Source of the DNA: Trypanosoma brucei
Taxonomy: Eukaryota
Reading direction: 5' to 3'
NCBI GenBank assembly: GCA_000002445.1
Contig: CM000208.1
Span: forward strand, 3,808,001-3,872,000
DNA: 64,000 nucleotides
Shown: positions 29,297 through 41,025 of the stretch, in pieces
How the letters are laid out: the number at the start of each line of letters is the position of its first letter
Numbering within the stretch: the first letter of the stretch is position 1
Position numbers and translations under genes: made by a program
The notes under the pieces: generated by a model
The model's input: only the letters and a program-made list of their open reading frames with translations
Told to the model about the DNA's origin: nothing
Databases searched by the model: none

Positions 29297-31891
29297 ATGG
29301 ATTTCCGAACTATCCGGCAATTAGTTGCCGTTGCAGAAGAACTGTATGCTTGCGGTCATTCGCTCCATGCCTTCGCCACGCTGAACGCGCTGCTGGAACG
29401 CGGGACGACCATTCCCAGATGGTATTGGGGAGAGGAAATATACATTAGGGTGAGAGCCGCAGAAATGCTGTTGGAGTCAGATCAGTTGAGTGGTGCTTCC
29501 GAGGCTGCGCGCCTCGACTTAGTTCATTCGGTGCTTGCGCCAGTGTTTTCTCGTCGCTTCTTTGAGAGAGTCACCATGGAACCAATTGTATGGGAAAAAA
29601 ACAACGATGCAAGTAATGGAAGTATTCATTGTAACGGCACGAGTGCTGGTATTACCGCCAGCCGCGTTACCAGAGGGAGAAAAGGCGGGGGCCCACGAAG
29701 GGGAAAAGGGCAACACAAAGAATGTAGGGACAAGGAGGAAAATGAGGAAAGGGAAGCTGACAATGGCAATGTCGTCCCTATCGCTCTTGTTTGCAGGGCG
29801 TACGCCCTCAACGCAGCAGTGCATCGGCGTTGGTTGCGTTACGCGCAGGCAATTAAGCTACTGGAAACGGCGCAACACTGGTGTTCCATTGTTTTCGCGG
29901 CGCTTCCCAGGGCCCCGCAAAGGCTAGAAGGGACTGATAATGTGGAGAAGCAGGAGTACGAAGAGCGTCACTGTTGCGAGGCGTACCTTGCTGCAGAGCT
30001 ATGCCGCGTGTACTACGCACAACTTATGACCACACTAGGAACAGCAGCGGATGGCCACCTAAGTAACGCGGTGGCTCTTCACCAAACCCGCCGGCAGGCC
30101 CTGGATGGACTGCTCCGAACCGCAAAGGAGTACCCGAAGTTTGTGAACTCGCACTCCGTCAGCTCGATCAAAACGGAGAAACGCTGCTCAGCTCAGTGCC
30201 TCTCTTCAGCAGAAAACCCCTTCTCTACCAGGGCAGCAGCGCGTCTCCTCGGTCATTATTGTTGCTGTGCACTTGCTTTTGACTATCGGCTTACTGATGT
30301 TGTTAGGCAGCTCGAGCAATGCGAGTCTCTTTTTGGGCACTCGCGCGAGTTGAGCTATATGCGACAGCTCCTAACGGCGGCGCACCACGGCCCACAAGCA
30401 GTGACAGCCATAAGAAACGAACCTTGTCTCAAGCGTTCGCGGGATGAGTTAGAAAATGGTGTCGATGTTAGGGTCGGGTGGGTCTCTGACGGTGTGTTGA
30501 ACGCCCTGGAGACGTATATTACGCTGTACTTGGCGGTGGGAACTGGGGAAAATGTGGAGCACAACAAAGCCAGCGCCGAAGGTGAATGCAACGTGGACGT
30601 GAAGCGGGTCTTTCACACCACGATGGAACGTATCGATGAGCAAATGACTCTCTTGACCACTGCGGCGTCTTGCGGCTCGAAGGAGAAGCTATTGTCTCCA
30701 ACTTTACTTTGTAGTTCCCCCTCGTCGAACATTCGTTTTCTTGTCATATTAAAGTGTGCGACTCGTTTAACGCTGATATGCCACAGCCTTTCTCAGCTCT
30801 ATGTTGGGGAAGCGATCCTTCACCTCTCGCAGCTCAGGCGCTACATGGAAGTCTTCACCAAAGACACACAACGGTTGTCAGCATATTACCACTTGTTGGC
30901 AGCCCAAACGGCGGCTATGCTTTCACTACGCCATATCCCAGGAACCTTGATGACACCGAATGATAGGTCCCGAGTTGCTGGTGGTAGCGACAACGCCGAG
31001 CAGGCTGGTACCTATTCAAATCACGGAAGCTTCACAGTTGAAAAAAATGATATGGAAGACACTGCAGGGTTTGATGTGGGTTTACCATATGCTCATATTA
31101 GGGCAGCGGAGGCTGTCGCGGCCCACAGCGTTCAGCCCTGCAACCCATCTTTCAAACTGCTCGTGTCCCTCATGAAAGGAGCCTTACTACAACACGCGTC
31201 ACATGTTGGAGCCACGCTGCAATTAGTCAACGGTGGCTTTACGGTTTCACCACTCCCTATCAACCAGCGCCGTCGGTGCGCAGCTGCTTTCGAGGACATT
31301 ATAGATGCACTGAGGCTAAGTGAGGCAAAAACGAATGTAAAAGAAGAGGAGATGGGAAGAGGGGCGCTGGCTAAGGCAGAGTTTGAGGAGGCGTTGCAAT
31401 GCGCGTGGAATGTTGACAATCGGCTCTTGTTGTTACTGATGCGCGGGCTCCTAACTTTAACCGAAGGGAAGGATGGACACACAGCCAACCTGTTCTTTAC
31501 CGAAGCAACAAGGCAGGCGCTGAGCTGCTTTGGTACAAAGAGTAGTATCACTGCGGAGTGCCTACATAGGCTTTCAGTGGCTCGCCGGGATTGTGAGCAG
31601 GTGCAGCTTCTGCCACCGGATCCCTCATCCGTGTCGCCTGTCTTGTTTGGTAGCTTGCAAGAGCTGCTCGACCACACGGACATCGTTGTGGGGAGTGCTC
31701 AGCGTACCTTCAGCATCGCTGCACAGCTGGCCTCTTACGGTAACCGTGCGGTGATGCTGCATTGCGTTTCGAGTGCGGGGATCCCCACCGAACAGGAAAT
31801 GTGGAGCCAAATTGTTAGTGAGTGGGACAGTGAAGTACATCACGTTTGCACGACATTTAGAGGTGACTTGATACATGCACTATCGCTTTAA
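29297..31891 (+). CDS. Hypothetical protein, 864 aa.
   Basis: Long ORF with ATG verified, co-directional. No domain recognised. Confidence 0.5.
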   Translation: MDFRTIRQLVAVAEELYACGHSLHAFATLNALLERGTTIPRWYWGEEIYIRVRAAEMLLESDQLSGASEAARLDLVHSVLAPVFSRRFFERVTMEPIVWEKNNDASNGSIHCNGTSAGITASRVTRGRKGGGPRRGKGQHKECRDKEENEEREADNGNVVPIALVCRAYALNAAVHRRWLRYAQAIKLLETAQHWCSIVFAALPRAPQRLEGTDNVEKQEYEERHCCEAYLAAELCRVYYAQLMTTLGTAADGHLSNAVALHQTRRQALDGLLRTAKEYPKFVNSHSVSSIKTEKRCSAQCLSSAENPFSTRAAARLLGHYCCCALAFDYRLTDVVRQLEQCESLFGHSRELSYMRQLLTAAHHGPQAVTAIRNEPCLKRSRDELENGVDVRVGWVSDGVLNALETYITLYLAVGTGENVEHNKASAEGECNVDVKRVFHTTMERIDEQMTLLTTAASCGSKEKLLSPTLLCSSPSSNIRFLVILKCATRLTLICHSLSQLYVGEAILHLSQLRRYMEVFTKDTQRLSAYYHLLAAQTAAMLSLRHIPGTLMTPNDRSRVAGGSDNAEQAGTYSNHGSFTVEKNDMEDTAGFDVGLPYAHIRAAEAVAAHSVQPCNPSFKLLVSLMKGALLQHASHVGATLQLVNGGFTVSPLPINQRRRCAAAFEDIIDALRLSEAKTNVKEEEMGRGALAKAEFEEALQCAWNVDNRLLLLLMRGLLTLTEGKDGHTANLFFTEATRQALSCFGTKSSITAECLHRLSVARRDCEQVQLLPPDPSSVSPVLFGSLQELLDHTDIVVGSAQRTFSIAAQLASYGNRAVMLHCVSSAGIPTEQEMWSQIVSEWDSEVHHVCTTFRGDLIHALSL

Positions 31892-32804
31892 ATATACGGT
31901 ATATACGATGATATGCGGAGCATGCCCGTATAAATTTCCTTCAATGGTTTCTTTTCAGATAGCAATCCTGTGAGATCTTGCTCGCTTTGTGAGAGTGTTC
32001 TTGATGACGAAGAGGAAAACGCGACGCTATAGCCTTGCTTGTCCTATATCATGTGCAGGCTTATTTCCTTGTGAGTTGGAGGTGGTCTCTCCATGTACAC
32101 GCTCTTAGTTACACCCATAGACACTGGGGGTTGGTACCGCAACAACGGTCGGAAAGTGTGCTCTACCCGGTCCGTCACCACTTGGCAGGAAGAGTTAGCA
32201 CCGACAAGAGATGGTCGTTATACCATGGAGAGTCACTGATCCCCAATTTTTTATTATTTGATTATTCCTCTCCGCGATTTCATTTGGTTGTGTCACACAC
32301 ACATTTTGTCAAGACTAATGCTGTATGCTAACTATGATTTCCCCTCCCCGTCTTCACACGTGGCACAGCTCCTGACTCGTTTCCCATGAGATACCCGTGA
32401 TTACCCAGCACATGTGCAGCTGACTTATCGTTCGCGTCTCCGAGCCACCCGTCAACAATTTAATAGGGAAGTGAAGGGGTTGAAATCATAAAGAATGGAC
32501 AAAGTTATATATAACAGATGAGTCATCAGTTGCGTTGTTTCTTGTCTGTAGGAACTTTTTTGGCCTGCGGACACTTGTGAGAAGCGTGCATTTGTCAATG
32601 AACAGTGGCAGAGCCCGGGCCGCGTTAACATTTAATAACCCCGGTGTGCCTGTATCTTTGGCGCACAAAGTGGGTGTGTGCCTATCCGGCATTGGTGGGA
32701 CTCCTGCGTTTGCTATTCCCTCATCGTTATCTCTCCATTTTTTTTCCCCCACCAACTATGAGTACAACACCAGTAACTGAAATATTTGACCACTGACAAG
32801 CTTA

Positions 32805-33992
32805 ATGATAGAGAGTAACTTGCTCTCGCAGGTTAACACCGCTTCCCCCCTTCCCACCTTTATGGAAGTGGAGCTTGTGAACTCCATCAATACCACCGTG
32901 GGAAAAGCCTTCCAGTTCGCTCATGTCTTTCTCGCTGAAAAGTGCGACTATTTGGCAGCGCTTTTACCCTATAACTCGGAAATTTGGTTGGTTCTTCATG
33001 CATTACTTGAACACCGCCTACTTTTCCACGCCGATACGTCCTTTGCCGAGATGATGTTCAGCCTCTGTCGTGGGACAATCATTTCGCCATCACGACCGCT
33101 ACCCAGTCAAGGGAGGCTGTCATGGCTGCTGCGTGGCCCGCCACCCGTCCCCCCTTTAGAAGCCCGAATGATGGACACACCCGCAGCGACAGACTCTCGT
33201 GCAGTAGGCGAAGCCATGGTAGGTATGAAGGCAGGGGAAATTGCAGCAGCGGATAGGGCCCCATACGGGCACCTGAAATTCCGACCCCTTACCAACCGAC
33301 AGAAGTACATTACACTCTTTCTCCTCACGGTGAAGCCGTACCTACAGCAGCGCCTTGCTTCATGGTATGAGGCAAACAAAGACGCACAAGTGGCGGGAGA
33401 ATCACAGTCTGGTAGCGCTTTGAGTCGGCAAACCCTCGGGGCACGCTTGAAACAACTCGCTCTGCAGCTCTACCCAGCGCTCCACGCCGGTTGGGAAGGC
33501 CTCAATTTAGCCTTCAAGATCCTCTTCCTTCTAGAACTGACGCCTTATACAGCACCGCTCCACCGGATTTTTAGTATTGTGCTTCGTCGCCCCACAGGTG
33601 ATGACCTCATCGCTGCTTCAAATCCGCGTGCTCAGGCTGCCCTAATGCTTGGCCGTGTATTGATTGTCGTGCTTCTCCTTGGTTTCCGTCTAATGGAATT
33701 CAGTGGCAACACGGGTGGGGCTAGTCCTTCTCATGCCAACAGCGATGACCTGGCCATCCCACGCCCGCCTGAGTGGGGCGTCGATGTGGTAGTCCCACCG
33801 GGCACACCGGACCCTCAGCCGGGTGTCTGTCCCGTTTGTGAGCGACCAGTTACCAATGCCGCGGTGTGTACCGTGAGTGGGGTGGTGGGATGCTATCCCT
33901 GTCTCACACAATTCGCACGGGAGAAGAATGCCTGCCCGGTTACACGGGCACCCATGTCGTTGGAGTGCGTTCGACGCATTTATGAGTGCTGA
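32805..33992 (+). CDS. PEX12: Peroxin PEX12-like protein (glycosomal import RING peroxin).
   Basis: C-terminal degenerate RING VCPVCERPVTNAAVCTVSGVVGCYPCLTQFAREKNACPVTRAPMS parallels human PEX12 [42 protein letters not shown] (recalled from memory). The N-terminal two-thirds is hydrophobic, consistent with the Pex2/Pex12 domain. Confidence 0.7.
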   Translation: MIESNLLSQVNTASPLPTFMEVELVNSINTTVGKAFQFAHVFLAEKCDYLAALLPYNSEIWLVLHALLEHRLLFHADTSFAEMMFSLCRGTIISPSRPLPSQGRLSWLLRGPPPVPPLEARMMDTPAATDSRAVGEAMVGMKAGEIAAADRAPYGHLKFRPLTNRQKYITLFLLTVKPYLQQRLASWYEANKDAQVAGESQSGSALSRQTLGARLKQLALQLYPALHAGWEGLNLAFKILFLLELTPYTAPLHRIFSIVLRRPTGDDLIAASNPRAQAALMLGRVLIVVLLLGFRLMEFSGNTGGASPSHANSDDLAIPRPPEWGVDVVVPPGTPDPQPGVCPVCERPVTNAAVCTVSGVVGCYPCLTQFAREKNACPVTRAPMSLECVRRIYEC

Positions 33993-34626
33993 AGGCCACA
34001 CGGTCTTGGCGCTAGTGGATGGAAAAAAGCACCGGACCCAAATACGAGTACGGTGTTAGTGGTGTGCTACATAACCGCGGATGTGTGCAGGTTTGGTAGG
34101 AACAGCGCTATCTGCTGATCCCTTGTCGGTGCTCGTTCGTTGGAATTATACTAAAAACGTGTGAAGGCAAAGACACATAGGGAAGGGGAAACAAACAGGA
34201 AGAAGGGTAACAATAAGAAAATTAGCTGGGTGTGGTGTTTGAATGTATCCTGATGACGAGTTAGAACCGAAAAAGTGACGCGTAAGTGGTGCCCTCCAAG
34301 GATGAATAAGGGGATGGGTCCCTAATGGATTGGGGTGGGAAGGGACAAAGTGGGTGGTGCCGTTTATTCGGACGTACACGAGGAGAGGGAACAGTCGCGA
34401 GTTGGTAAAGGGCGGGAACTACTTGCACTTATACGTTAACGGTGGAACAGCAAACTATCCGCCACACTATCCCACGTGTTCAACCTTTCCATAGTCTCTT
34501 CGGCGTTCTTTAATTCTCTATGTGGGGTGATGAGTGAAGTACAGAAGGAAAGACGAGGAGTTCTTCCACGGTGGCGCACCGGTTGGCAGTAGGGTTAGGG
34601 TGAAGAGACCGGTGGTCCCTAGCGGT

Positions 34627-35097
34627 ATGCCAAACATAAAGGGAGGGGTTGGTAGCTTCTTGATGCGCCGCGCTGCACCAAAGAGCATACGTCAGAAATA
34701 TCAGACAGGCCCACAATTCTATAAGCGCAAGTTTTTTCAGTTCCAAAAGGGCCACCACCGCCTGCACCGTCGTATCAGTGGAGTTCAAACCGGATCCCCA
34801 ACACACCAGAGGGAGTACGAGAGGTTCCACCACCTCCCGGGCGATGTCCGTACGCGACCACAATTCGACTTTACCTTCGGTGAAACCCGGGCGGACCGGG
34901 TGATGTTCGCGTGGCGAAAGCGGGGGGACCTTCAACTATACCAAATGAGCGGCAGAGGTGAAACGTTCGTATGCTACCGCTGTGGTTATCCCGTGCGTAG
35001 CCAGCTTGTGGCGGTTAAAGCTGACAATTGGGATTACCGTATGTGTTATCGCTGCTACACAAATACAGTGCACCGTGGAATGGAAAACGATACGTAG
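34627..35097 (+). CDS. Small hypothetical protein with a C-terminal CxxC...CxxC zinc-ribbon-like motif.
   Basis: The track start at 34534 is GTG; the first ATG is at 34627. C-terminus CYRCGYPVRSQLVAVKADNWDYRMCYRCYTNTV. Confidence 0.3.
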   Translation: MPNIKGGVGSFLMRRAAPKSIRQKYQTGPQFYKRKFFQFQKGHHRLHRRISGVQTGSPTHQREYERFHHLPGDVRTRPQFDFTFGETRADRVMFAWRKRGDLQLYQMSGRGETFVCYRCGYPVRSQLVAVKADNWDYRMCYRCYTNTVHRGMENDT

Positions 35098-35504
35098 GCT
35101 TGTGGCGAGTAAATGGTGCTGAAAAAGATGTCGAAGTACGAGACGAATAAAAGCCTATCTCGTCCACTGAGAAAGGAAACGTGACTGCTGCGTACCCGAC
35201 TTTTTTCAGTTTAACGTGGGCGTGTACGGTTTGTCCTTGGTTTTGACCAGCACATCATTTGTCTGTGCATGTGTCAGGGTGGTTGCGGAATGAATGATTA
35301 TGGCAATGTCACCATTACACCTCTGTACTGCATACCCTGCCCCCCGTAGTCATCTGCTTTTCTGTCTTCAAGGCTCCTTTACCCAAACATATCGCTTTTT
35401 ACCCACTGTGCGTTCGGCCGTAACATACAAATATACATTAGTTGCACAAGCACGCGTGTGAATCCAGGGAGGCGAAGTTGTTTGGCATTTGGCGGGGTGA
35501 CCTG

Positions 35505-36230
35505 ATGAACTACGCCGACGGTAACTACTACGACTCCCAGCAGGCAGCGGGTTATTACTACCCTGAGGGGCAACAGGTGGACGACGGTTATACAATTGAC
35601 CTCCGCCCACCTGATATCACTGAACAACAAGACAATATCATTCAATTAGTTGCAAAGTACGTGGTAGCGTCGTGTGATGGTGCTCGGTACCAGAACAAGC
35701 TAATGAAGAAGACGAAGTTTAATTCATACTTTGCCTTCCTCGCCTCACCAGAGCATAAGTATCACGAGTATTACCAGTACCTTGTTCGTAGTTATACACA
35801 CTGGCGCCACGTCGCTGCAGCGAGTGCCGCCAACCAGGACAACAATGAGGGTTACGCCTTCTACACGGAGCAGCTTCAGCAGCAAATGTACGATGCCAAT
35901 ATGTATTATGCCCATGCCTACAACATAGCTGCAGCAGATAACTTGGCGGCATCCGCGTCAGCAGTGGTTGGCACGGCAACGGGTGGATATTATGATGCCA
36001 ACAGCGCTTTTCCCCTTCATAACCAACAGCCACAACCCGAGCCGCTGAGCGGTAAATCCGTTCTTGGAAATGCGAGCGACGCAATTAGTCAACCACTCGG
36101 GGAAGCTGAAAGCAGAAAACGTGCCCGCTCTGCAACACCATTGGAAAGCAGCGATGATGAGGAAGAGGATCAAGGAGTGGAGTTTGTCATGGAAAATGGT
36201 GTCGCCAGGGCTGTCCCAAGGAGATCTTGA
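35505..36230 (+). CDS. SURP (SWAP) domain protein, possibly a splicing factor SF3a subunit-1-like protein.
   Basis: IIQLVAKYVVASCDGARYQNKLMKKTKFNSYFAFLASPEHKYHEYYQYLV fits the SURP module (SF3A1: IIDKTAQFVARNGPEFEARIRQNEINNPKFNFLNPNDPYHAYYRHKV). The track start at 35442 is TTG; the first ATG is at 35505. Acidic DDEEED tail. Confidence 0.6.
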   Translation: MNYADGNYYDSQQAAGYYYPEGQQVDDGYTIDLRPPDITEQQDNIIQLVAKYVVASCDGARYQNKLMKKTKFNSYFAFLASPEHKYHEYYQYLVRSYTHWRHVAAASAANQDNNEGYAFYTEQLQQQMYDANMYYAHAYNIAAADNLAASASAVVGTATGGYYDANSAFPLHNQQPQPEPLSGKSVLGNASDAISQPLGEAESRKRARSATPLESSDDEEEDQGVEFVMENGVARAVPRRS

Positions 36231-36609
36231 ACAGTGCGAAGTGAAGCACCTCGAAAGGAACATGGGGAAGTGGAACGAATGTTGCATAAGCGTCGTACTG
36301 TCAAAAGAAACGGAAGTGGGAGACCCAAAGGGGGAATGCCAAAAAAAAGTAGGCAACTGCTTCCCATCGATATTCGGTGCCTTTGGTTGCGGCACTCGCT
36401 GCAACGCCTGCAGCTCTGCGGTTTAACTGCCAGGAGCAGGGCTACACCCTGACCTCTGCGTGCCCTCCCTCACTTCTTGGCGCCTAATTGCGCTCTTCTT
36501 TAAACACATTCACGTACCGGTCCTGTAACGCAGGAATGTGAGAATGAAGCTGCCTCTTACTCCGCCATTCCTTCATTCTTCCCCACCTTCCTGACTTAGT
36601 TGAAAGAAT

Positions 36610-39048
36610 ATGTATTTAAAACCATATAACAATCCCTACCCCGTCGTAAGTGACAGACTGGAGGTTATTCTTGAAACCATGCGAAAAATTAATGGAGACA
36701 GCGGTTCCCCCGTCGAAACGCCACCAGAAAGGGTACCGTGCATTGGCTCCGGTGCGTTTGCTACCGTTCGTGTTGGCTGGGTGCAGGAGCGGTGGCACAG
36801 TCAAGGCAAGAATGAAGAACCTGGACAACTCACCTTCGGAACTACAGCCGCAGTGGCCGTGAAGCGCGTGGTTGTTCCAGGGAAGTTGCGAAGTCCCCTT
36901 GACGGTTGTAGGCAGCGGCTGCTCCGCGAGCTGCAGGTAATGGAACACATCAGAATCTGTCCACATCCGAATGTCGTGCAGTGCTGGGGGTTTGTCTTCT
37001 ACAAGGCGGGCGATAGAGCAAGTATCGGCAGAGAAGTAACAGATAATTTGCTTGGTGAGGTCCTCACAAACTTTTCCCAATTGCGCGAGCAGCAAAGGGT
37101 AATAACAGGGAACATGGACAAGGAGAAAATTGGAAACGAGGTCCTTGATGGGGTCTCTTGCTTTGATGTGTGTCTCTCGTTGTGCACAGGCGGTACTTTA
37201 ACCGAGTATGTCCGCCGAGTAGCCGATGCAGCGCTCCGTGCGACGCGCACGTGCATACAGGAGCGGATAGTCACTCAACCGAAAAACACGAGCATGACTG
37301 ACTCCACACTTGGGGAGTCACCCACTGGACATAATCAGGGTCTGACCAGCAGCTCAAGTGATGCTGGGATCGAACCTAAGGGGGCGCTGCTCGGGCTTAA
37401 AACAAGAAAATTGACACCGATTAGAAAAGATGTTTCGGGAGAATTTTTCACACAAAAAGACTCCACTTTAGTTGTCTCCCATCTCACAATCCGCGAAAAA
37501 GACATTGTCGCCATTGCGTATGCGTTGTGCAACGCCCTTCGTCACACCCATGAAACGCTACGGACGCTACACCGTGACATCAAACCAGCCAATGTGTTAA
37601 TATGCGATGGGATCGGAAAGATACCGTCATATACATCGCGTGCCACTTCATGCGACTTCACGGCCAGAACCACAGCAAGAGCCCGAGGTGCTCCAACTGA
37701 GTTGGAAAACAAAAAAGCAGACGGCAGCAAAGCGGTTGAGTTGGTGCTTTTCTCAGACCTTCGCGACGCGCTGGGTAATCCACAGGAAGGAGGGAGCGCT
37801 GATGATAAACTCACTCCTGATGTGTTGGTTGTGCCTGCTGAAGCAGGATCACATCGTGTGCTGTGTAATTCATCTGATTCGCCCCCATACGTGCTGGAGT
37901 GTCTGCCCCAGGTGGACGCCTGGCGCCTGCAGTTGGCGGACTACGGCATCGCGTCAGGTTTAGATCACATGGAGGCCTCGGGTCGCTGTGGTACATTCCC
38001 TTTTATGGCACCCGAGGTGGAGGACGAGGACTGCACCGGGTCCACGTACGGACCTAAAGCTGATATTTATAGTCTGGGGGTCACAATTCAGCATGTTATT
38101 GTGAATGCTACCGTTGAGTTTAACGAGGTGGCTCAGGCGCTACCCAGGCGGGCAGATGCTTTGGGGCGGCAGTGGGTTGACGAAGAAGACAGGGAGACAA
38201 GCGAAGTGGACAATGACTCCGGCACCAGTGGTGGCGTAACAGATGAAACGAAGAGGAAGCGGACGTTTAACCTCCCCGGCAACTGGCGCTGTAAGCGGGA
38301 GCTTAGCGACAGGGACTATGTTCGCGACATATACTCTCATCTGTCACATCCACTACCGCACGATGACTGTGCTAGATCATTTACCGTACCGCGCTCGTGG
38401 CGTTGCCATGATGAGTTAGCCTCCGGCAACTGCGTTGAAGGTTTAAGCACTGACGGCAGGACTGACACTGACAATGCTGGAGACAAAAGGGGCCATCTTC
38501 AACCTCAAAATTCCGACTACCGTGATAATATCAAGGCGCTAAACTTTAGAAAGGGCCAAGGGGCTCGGTGCAGGTCTTGTGGGAAGCTCCACCGAAACCT
38601 TATCGAGCTTCTCAACGCCATGACGGCCCCTGATCCCTCACAGCGACCGACATTGTCGTGTATATTGCGTGACACAGCGGTCATTGAGCAGGGAACGTTT
38701 GTTGATGAACCAAGGGAATCCAGTTTCCCCTTCTCCAGAAGTAGCAGTAGCAGCAAGCACGCGAATGCGGTGGCAAACACTTCAGGGCGCAGGAACACAA
38801 CAAACAGCACAGCATGCAGCCCAAAACAGCTGTCGCATACAAGTAGAGGGACCGCACCCTCACCAATGGCGGGCCGCAATCACCGTTCCAGTTGCTCTGG
38901 GGAATGTAAGGATCAGAAAACTCACGACGGATCGAGTGAAATGTTTGGCGGTGTTAACAAATACGACGGGTGGCGCGAAGGCGTGTTGTGGCGCCCGCCT
39001 TCGCTCAAGTTTCTTCGTCGGTATAGTGGACAGGAGGGGCGTTGCTAA
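36610..39048 (+). CDS. Ser/Thr protein kinase-like protein with long inserts and an atypical DYG motif.
   Basis: GSGAFATVRVGW (Gly loop), AVAVKRV (VAIK Lys), HRDIKPANVLI (catalytic loop), LADYGIASGL (DFG to DYG), GTFPFMAPEV (APE). A large insert separates the catalytic loop and the DFG motif. Low-complexity C-terminus. Confidence 0.7.
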   Translation: MYLKPYNNPYPVVSDRLEVILETMRKINGDSGSPVETPPERVPCIGSGAFATVRVGWVQERWHSQGKNEEPGQLTFGTTAAVAVKRVVVPGKLRSPLDGCRQRLLRELQVMEHIRICPHPNVVQCWGFVFYKAGDRASIGREVTDNLLGEVLTNFSQLREQQRVITGNMDKEKIGNEVLDGVSCFDVCLSLCTGGTLTEYVRRVADAALRATRTCIQERIVTQPKNTSMTDSTLGESPTGHNQGLTSSSSDAGIEPKGALLGLKTRKLTPIRKDVSGEFFTQKDSTLVVSHLTIREKDIVAIAYALCNALRHTHETLRTLHRDIKPANVLICDGIGKIPSYTSRATSCDFTARTTARARGAPTELENKKADGSKAVELVLFSDLRDALGNPQEGGSADDKLTPDVLVVPAEAGSHRVLCNSSDSPPYVLECLPQVDAWRLQLADYGIASGLDHMEASGRCGTFPFMAPEVEDEDCTGSTYGPKADIYSLGVTIQHVIVNATVEFNEVAQALPRRADALGRQWVDEEDRETSEVDNDSGTSGGVTDETKRKRTFNLPGNWRCKRELSDRDYVRDIYSHLSHPLPHDDCARSFTVPRSWRCHDELASGNCVEGLSTDGRTDTDNAGDKRGHLQPQNSDYRDNIKALNFRKGQGARCRSCGKLHRNLIELLNAMTAPDPSQRPTLSCILRDTAVIEQGTFVDEPRESSFPFSRSSSSSKHANAVANTSGRRNTTNSTACSPKQLSHTSRGTAPSPMAGRNHRSSCSGECKDQKTHDGSSEMFGGVNKYDGWREGVLWRPPSLKFLRRYSGQEGRC

Positions 39049-39771
39049 CCGATCGGCATTTAGGGGCCTGGCGGGTGTCTCTTGTTTCACGCGTTCACCA
39101 TCCGATGCGGTGGTCTCTAAATTTCCTCACAATATTCATTACCTTTACTTACTTTCTCTGCCACACGGCGCAAGCGGCTCCTGCTTGCGGGCGGGTTTGC
39201 TTAACGTGGGTTGTGCTTTTTTGCCGCTTGCTCTCATTGTCCGAGTGGTCACTTCTATTTTTTTTTCTTGTTGACGTTTGACTGTGGTCAGGGGACATCT
39301 CATTGTTGTTATTTTTGCTTTTAATTGTTACCTAAACATGTTTCTTCGCCTAAACGGAGGCGGGTGGGGCCTCGCGCACTTACAAGAAACGTCTGTAGAG
39401 GTGGTCATTTGGGTCAGGTGGAGAGGGAAAGCTTGTTTGCTTGTTCAACTTTACGCTGTGAGTAGTCCTCCCTTCCGTGCATCATTCTTTGGACTTTTTT
39501 TTTCTTTTACCGCCCATCCGTTGGGCTGTTCGTTTATTTTTTCTATCAGGCTATGTCAAACATCAGCCCCGCCAGTGGGCTACGGCCCCGCTACTCTCTG
39601 AAGGCATTTAAATGTGTGGTCGTGTATACCTGATGCTTCATTTTTATCTCGGCCCCCTTTCTTTCCCTTCCTATGCATTTCTCCCCCTCGAACAATATAT
39701 GATTAAACGAAATGAAGGCCACAGGGATAGAGAAGTAGTAGGTGCGACGTCTCCATCCCGGTGCGTGTGGT

Positions 39772-41025
39772 ATGCGGTCATCTTCCGCCGCATCATCGAC
39801 TAGAGCCCTTACCCCTGGGAAGTTGAAGCAGCCAGGCTCCACGAGAGGGCTGAAGAGTACGCACTCCGGCAGTGAAGAAGCCGTCCTGAGCGATAAGTTG
39901 CTGCTGTTTTTACAGCAAAGTCGGGAACGGACATCCCATAATCATGCCGCGCGAATTTCCCTGCTGGAATCTCAGTACACACAAAGCCTCCACGGACTCT
40001 CAGGGGCCCGTGGTTCATCTACCCTCTTCACCGAAGCTTCACTGAATGCGCGAAAAGGTGGACGTCACGGCAGAGACCCTGCAGGAATTGTTGACAAGGA
40101 GATTGTTATTGAGGTTGATATGAGTGAAAGTGAGGATGAAGTATCGTCGCAACCGATAGAAACGAATCATAGGGCACAGCAGCGGGAACATGCAGCAACG
40201 CAGTTTTCGTCGGTTCGCCTGACGGCATCGTCCTGCAGGGTCACTGCCACCGCTGCTGCTACCGATCTCTCACCTCAGAGTCTGTCCGAATCGTATGGTG
40301 TATCTCCGGAGGTTCGTACACCCATTTCCCCTTTTATAGAAAAGATGCATTACCGCGAGGTTCTGTGCGCGCCTGAGCTGCCTCAGGGTCCTGAAAAGCG
40401 CAACAAGACTACAACCCACTACACGGCAACGGAATTGTCTCTTGGGAGGGCACAGGCGGGGGTGCGTGCCAATGTCGGGAGGGGTATGGTGTCCTCACTC
40501 CCCCCGTGTGCTGCGGCACGTAACGAAGTTTCTGTTTCACTAGAGCGAGCCATCAATGAGGCAAGGGACAAGCACAACTGGAGTGAGTCAACGACGGCAA
40601 ATGTTATGAGCCGTGGTACGACGACGGCCCCGCCCATGCTACCCCGTACCAATGCAGTGACATCTAAAGTGGATGACGAAGTGCAGCACTCCCCCCTCTT
40701 TCCGCACGAACCGGAGATAGAGGAGTTTCTCGCGTGGGAAGCGGCAAAACCCGCTGAGCTACTCAAATGCTTGCGTGCGGGCTTTAGCAACCACTGCCCC
40801 ATCGCAACCGCGTATGCCGCCGTGCGCCCCGAGGTCCATTGGCTCTCTCTGCTCTGCAACAGTGAATCGGATGTCAAGAGTGAAGCAAAGGGATCGCCAC
40901 TTCGACCGGACTCAGCTCCCTCGCGATTCATTGAGTGGATCGCATCTGACGTGGACTGCTATGAGGGACTGCTACTGCAACGGGGGGCTGTAGCGCCAAT
41001 TGTTGCCAGAAGTGCGAAGTCATAG
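39772..41025 (+). CDS. Hypothetical protein.
   Basis: The track start at 39742 is GTG; the first ATG is at 39772. Ser-rich, no domain recognised. Confidence 0.4.
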   Translation: MRSSSAASSTRALTPGKLKQPGSTRGLKSTHSGSEEAVLSDKLLLFLQQSRERTSHNHAARISLLESQYTQSLHGLSGARGSSTLFTEASLNARKGGRHGRDPAGIVDKEIVIEVDMSESEDEVSSQPIETNHRAQQREHAATQFSSVRLTASSCRVTATAAATDLSPQSLSESYGVSPEVRTPISPFIEKMHYREVLCAPELPQGPEKRNKTTTHYTATELSLGRAQAGVRANVGRGMVSSLPPCAAARNEVSVSLERAINEARDKHNWSESTTANVMSRGTTTAPPMLPRTNAVTSKVDDEVQHSPLFPHEPEIEEFLAWEAAKPAELLKCLRAGFSNHCPIATAYAAVRPEVHWLSLLCNSESDVKSEAKGSPLRPDSAPSRFIEWIASDVDCYEGLLLQRGAVAPIVARSAKS

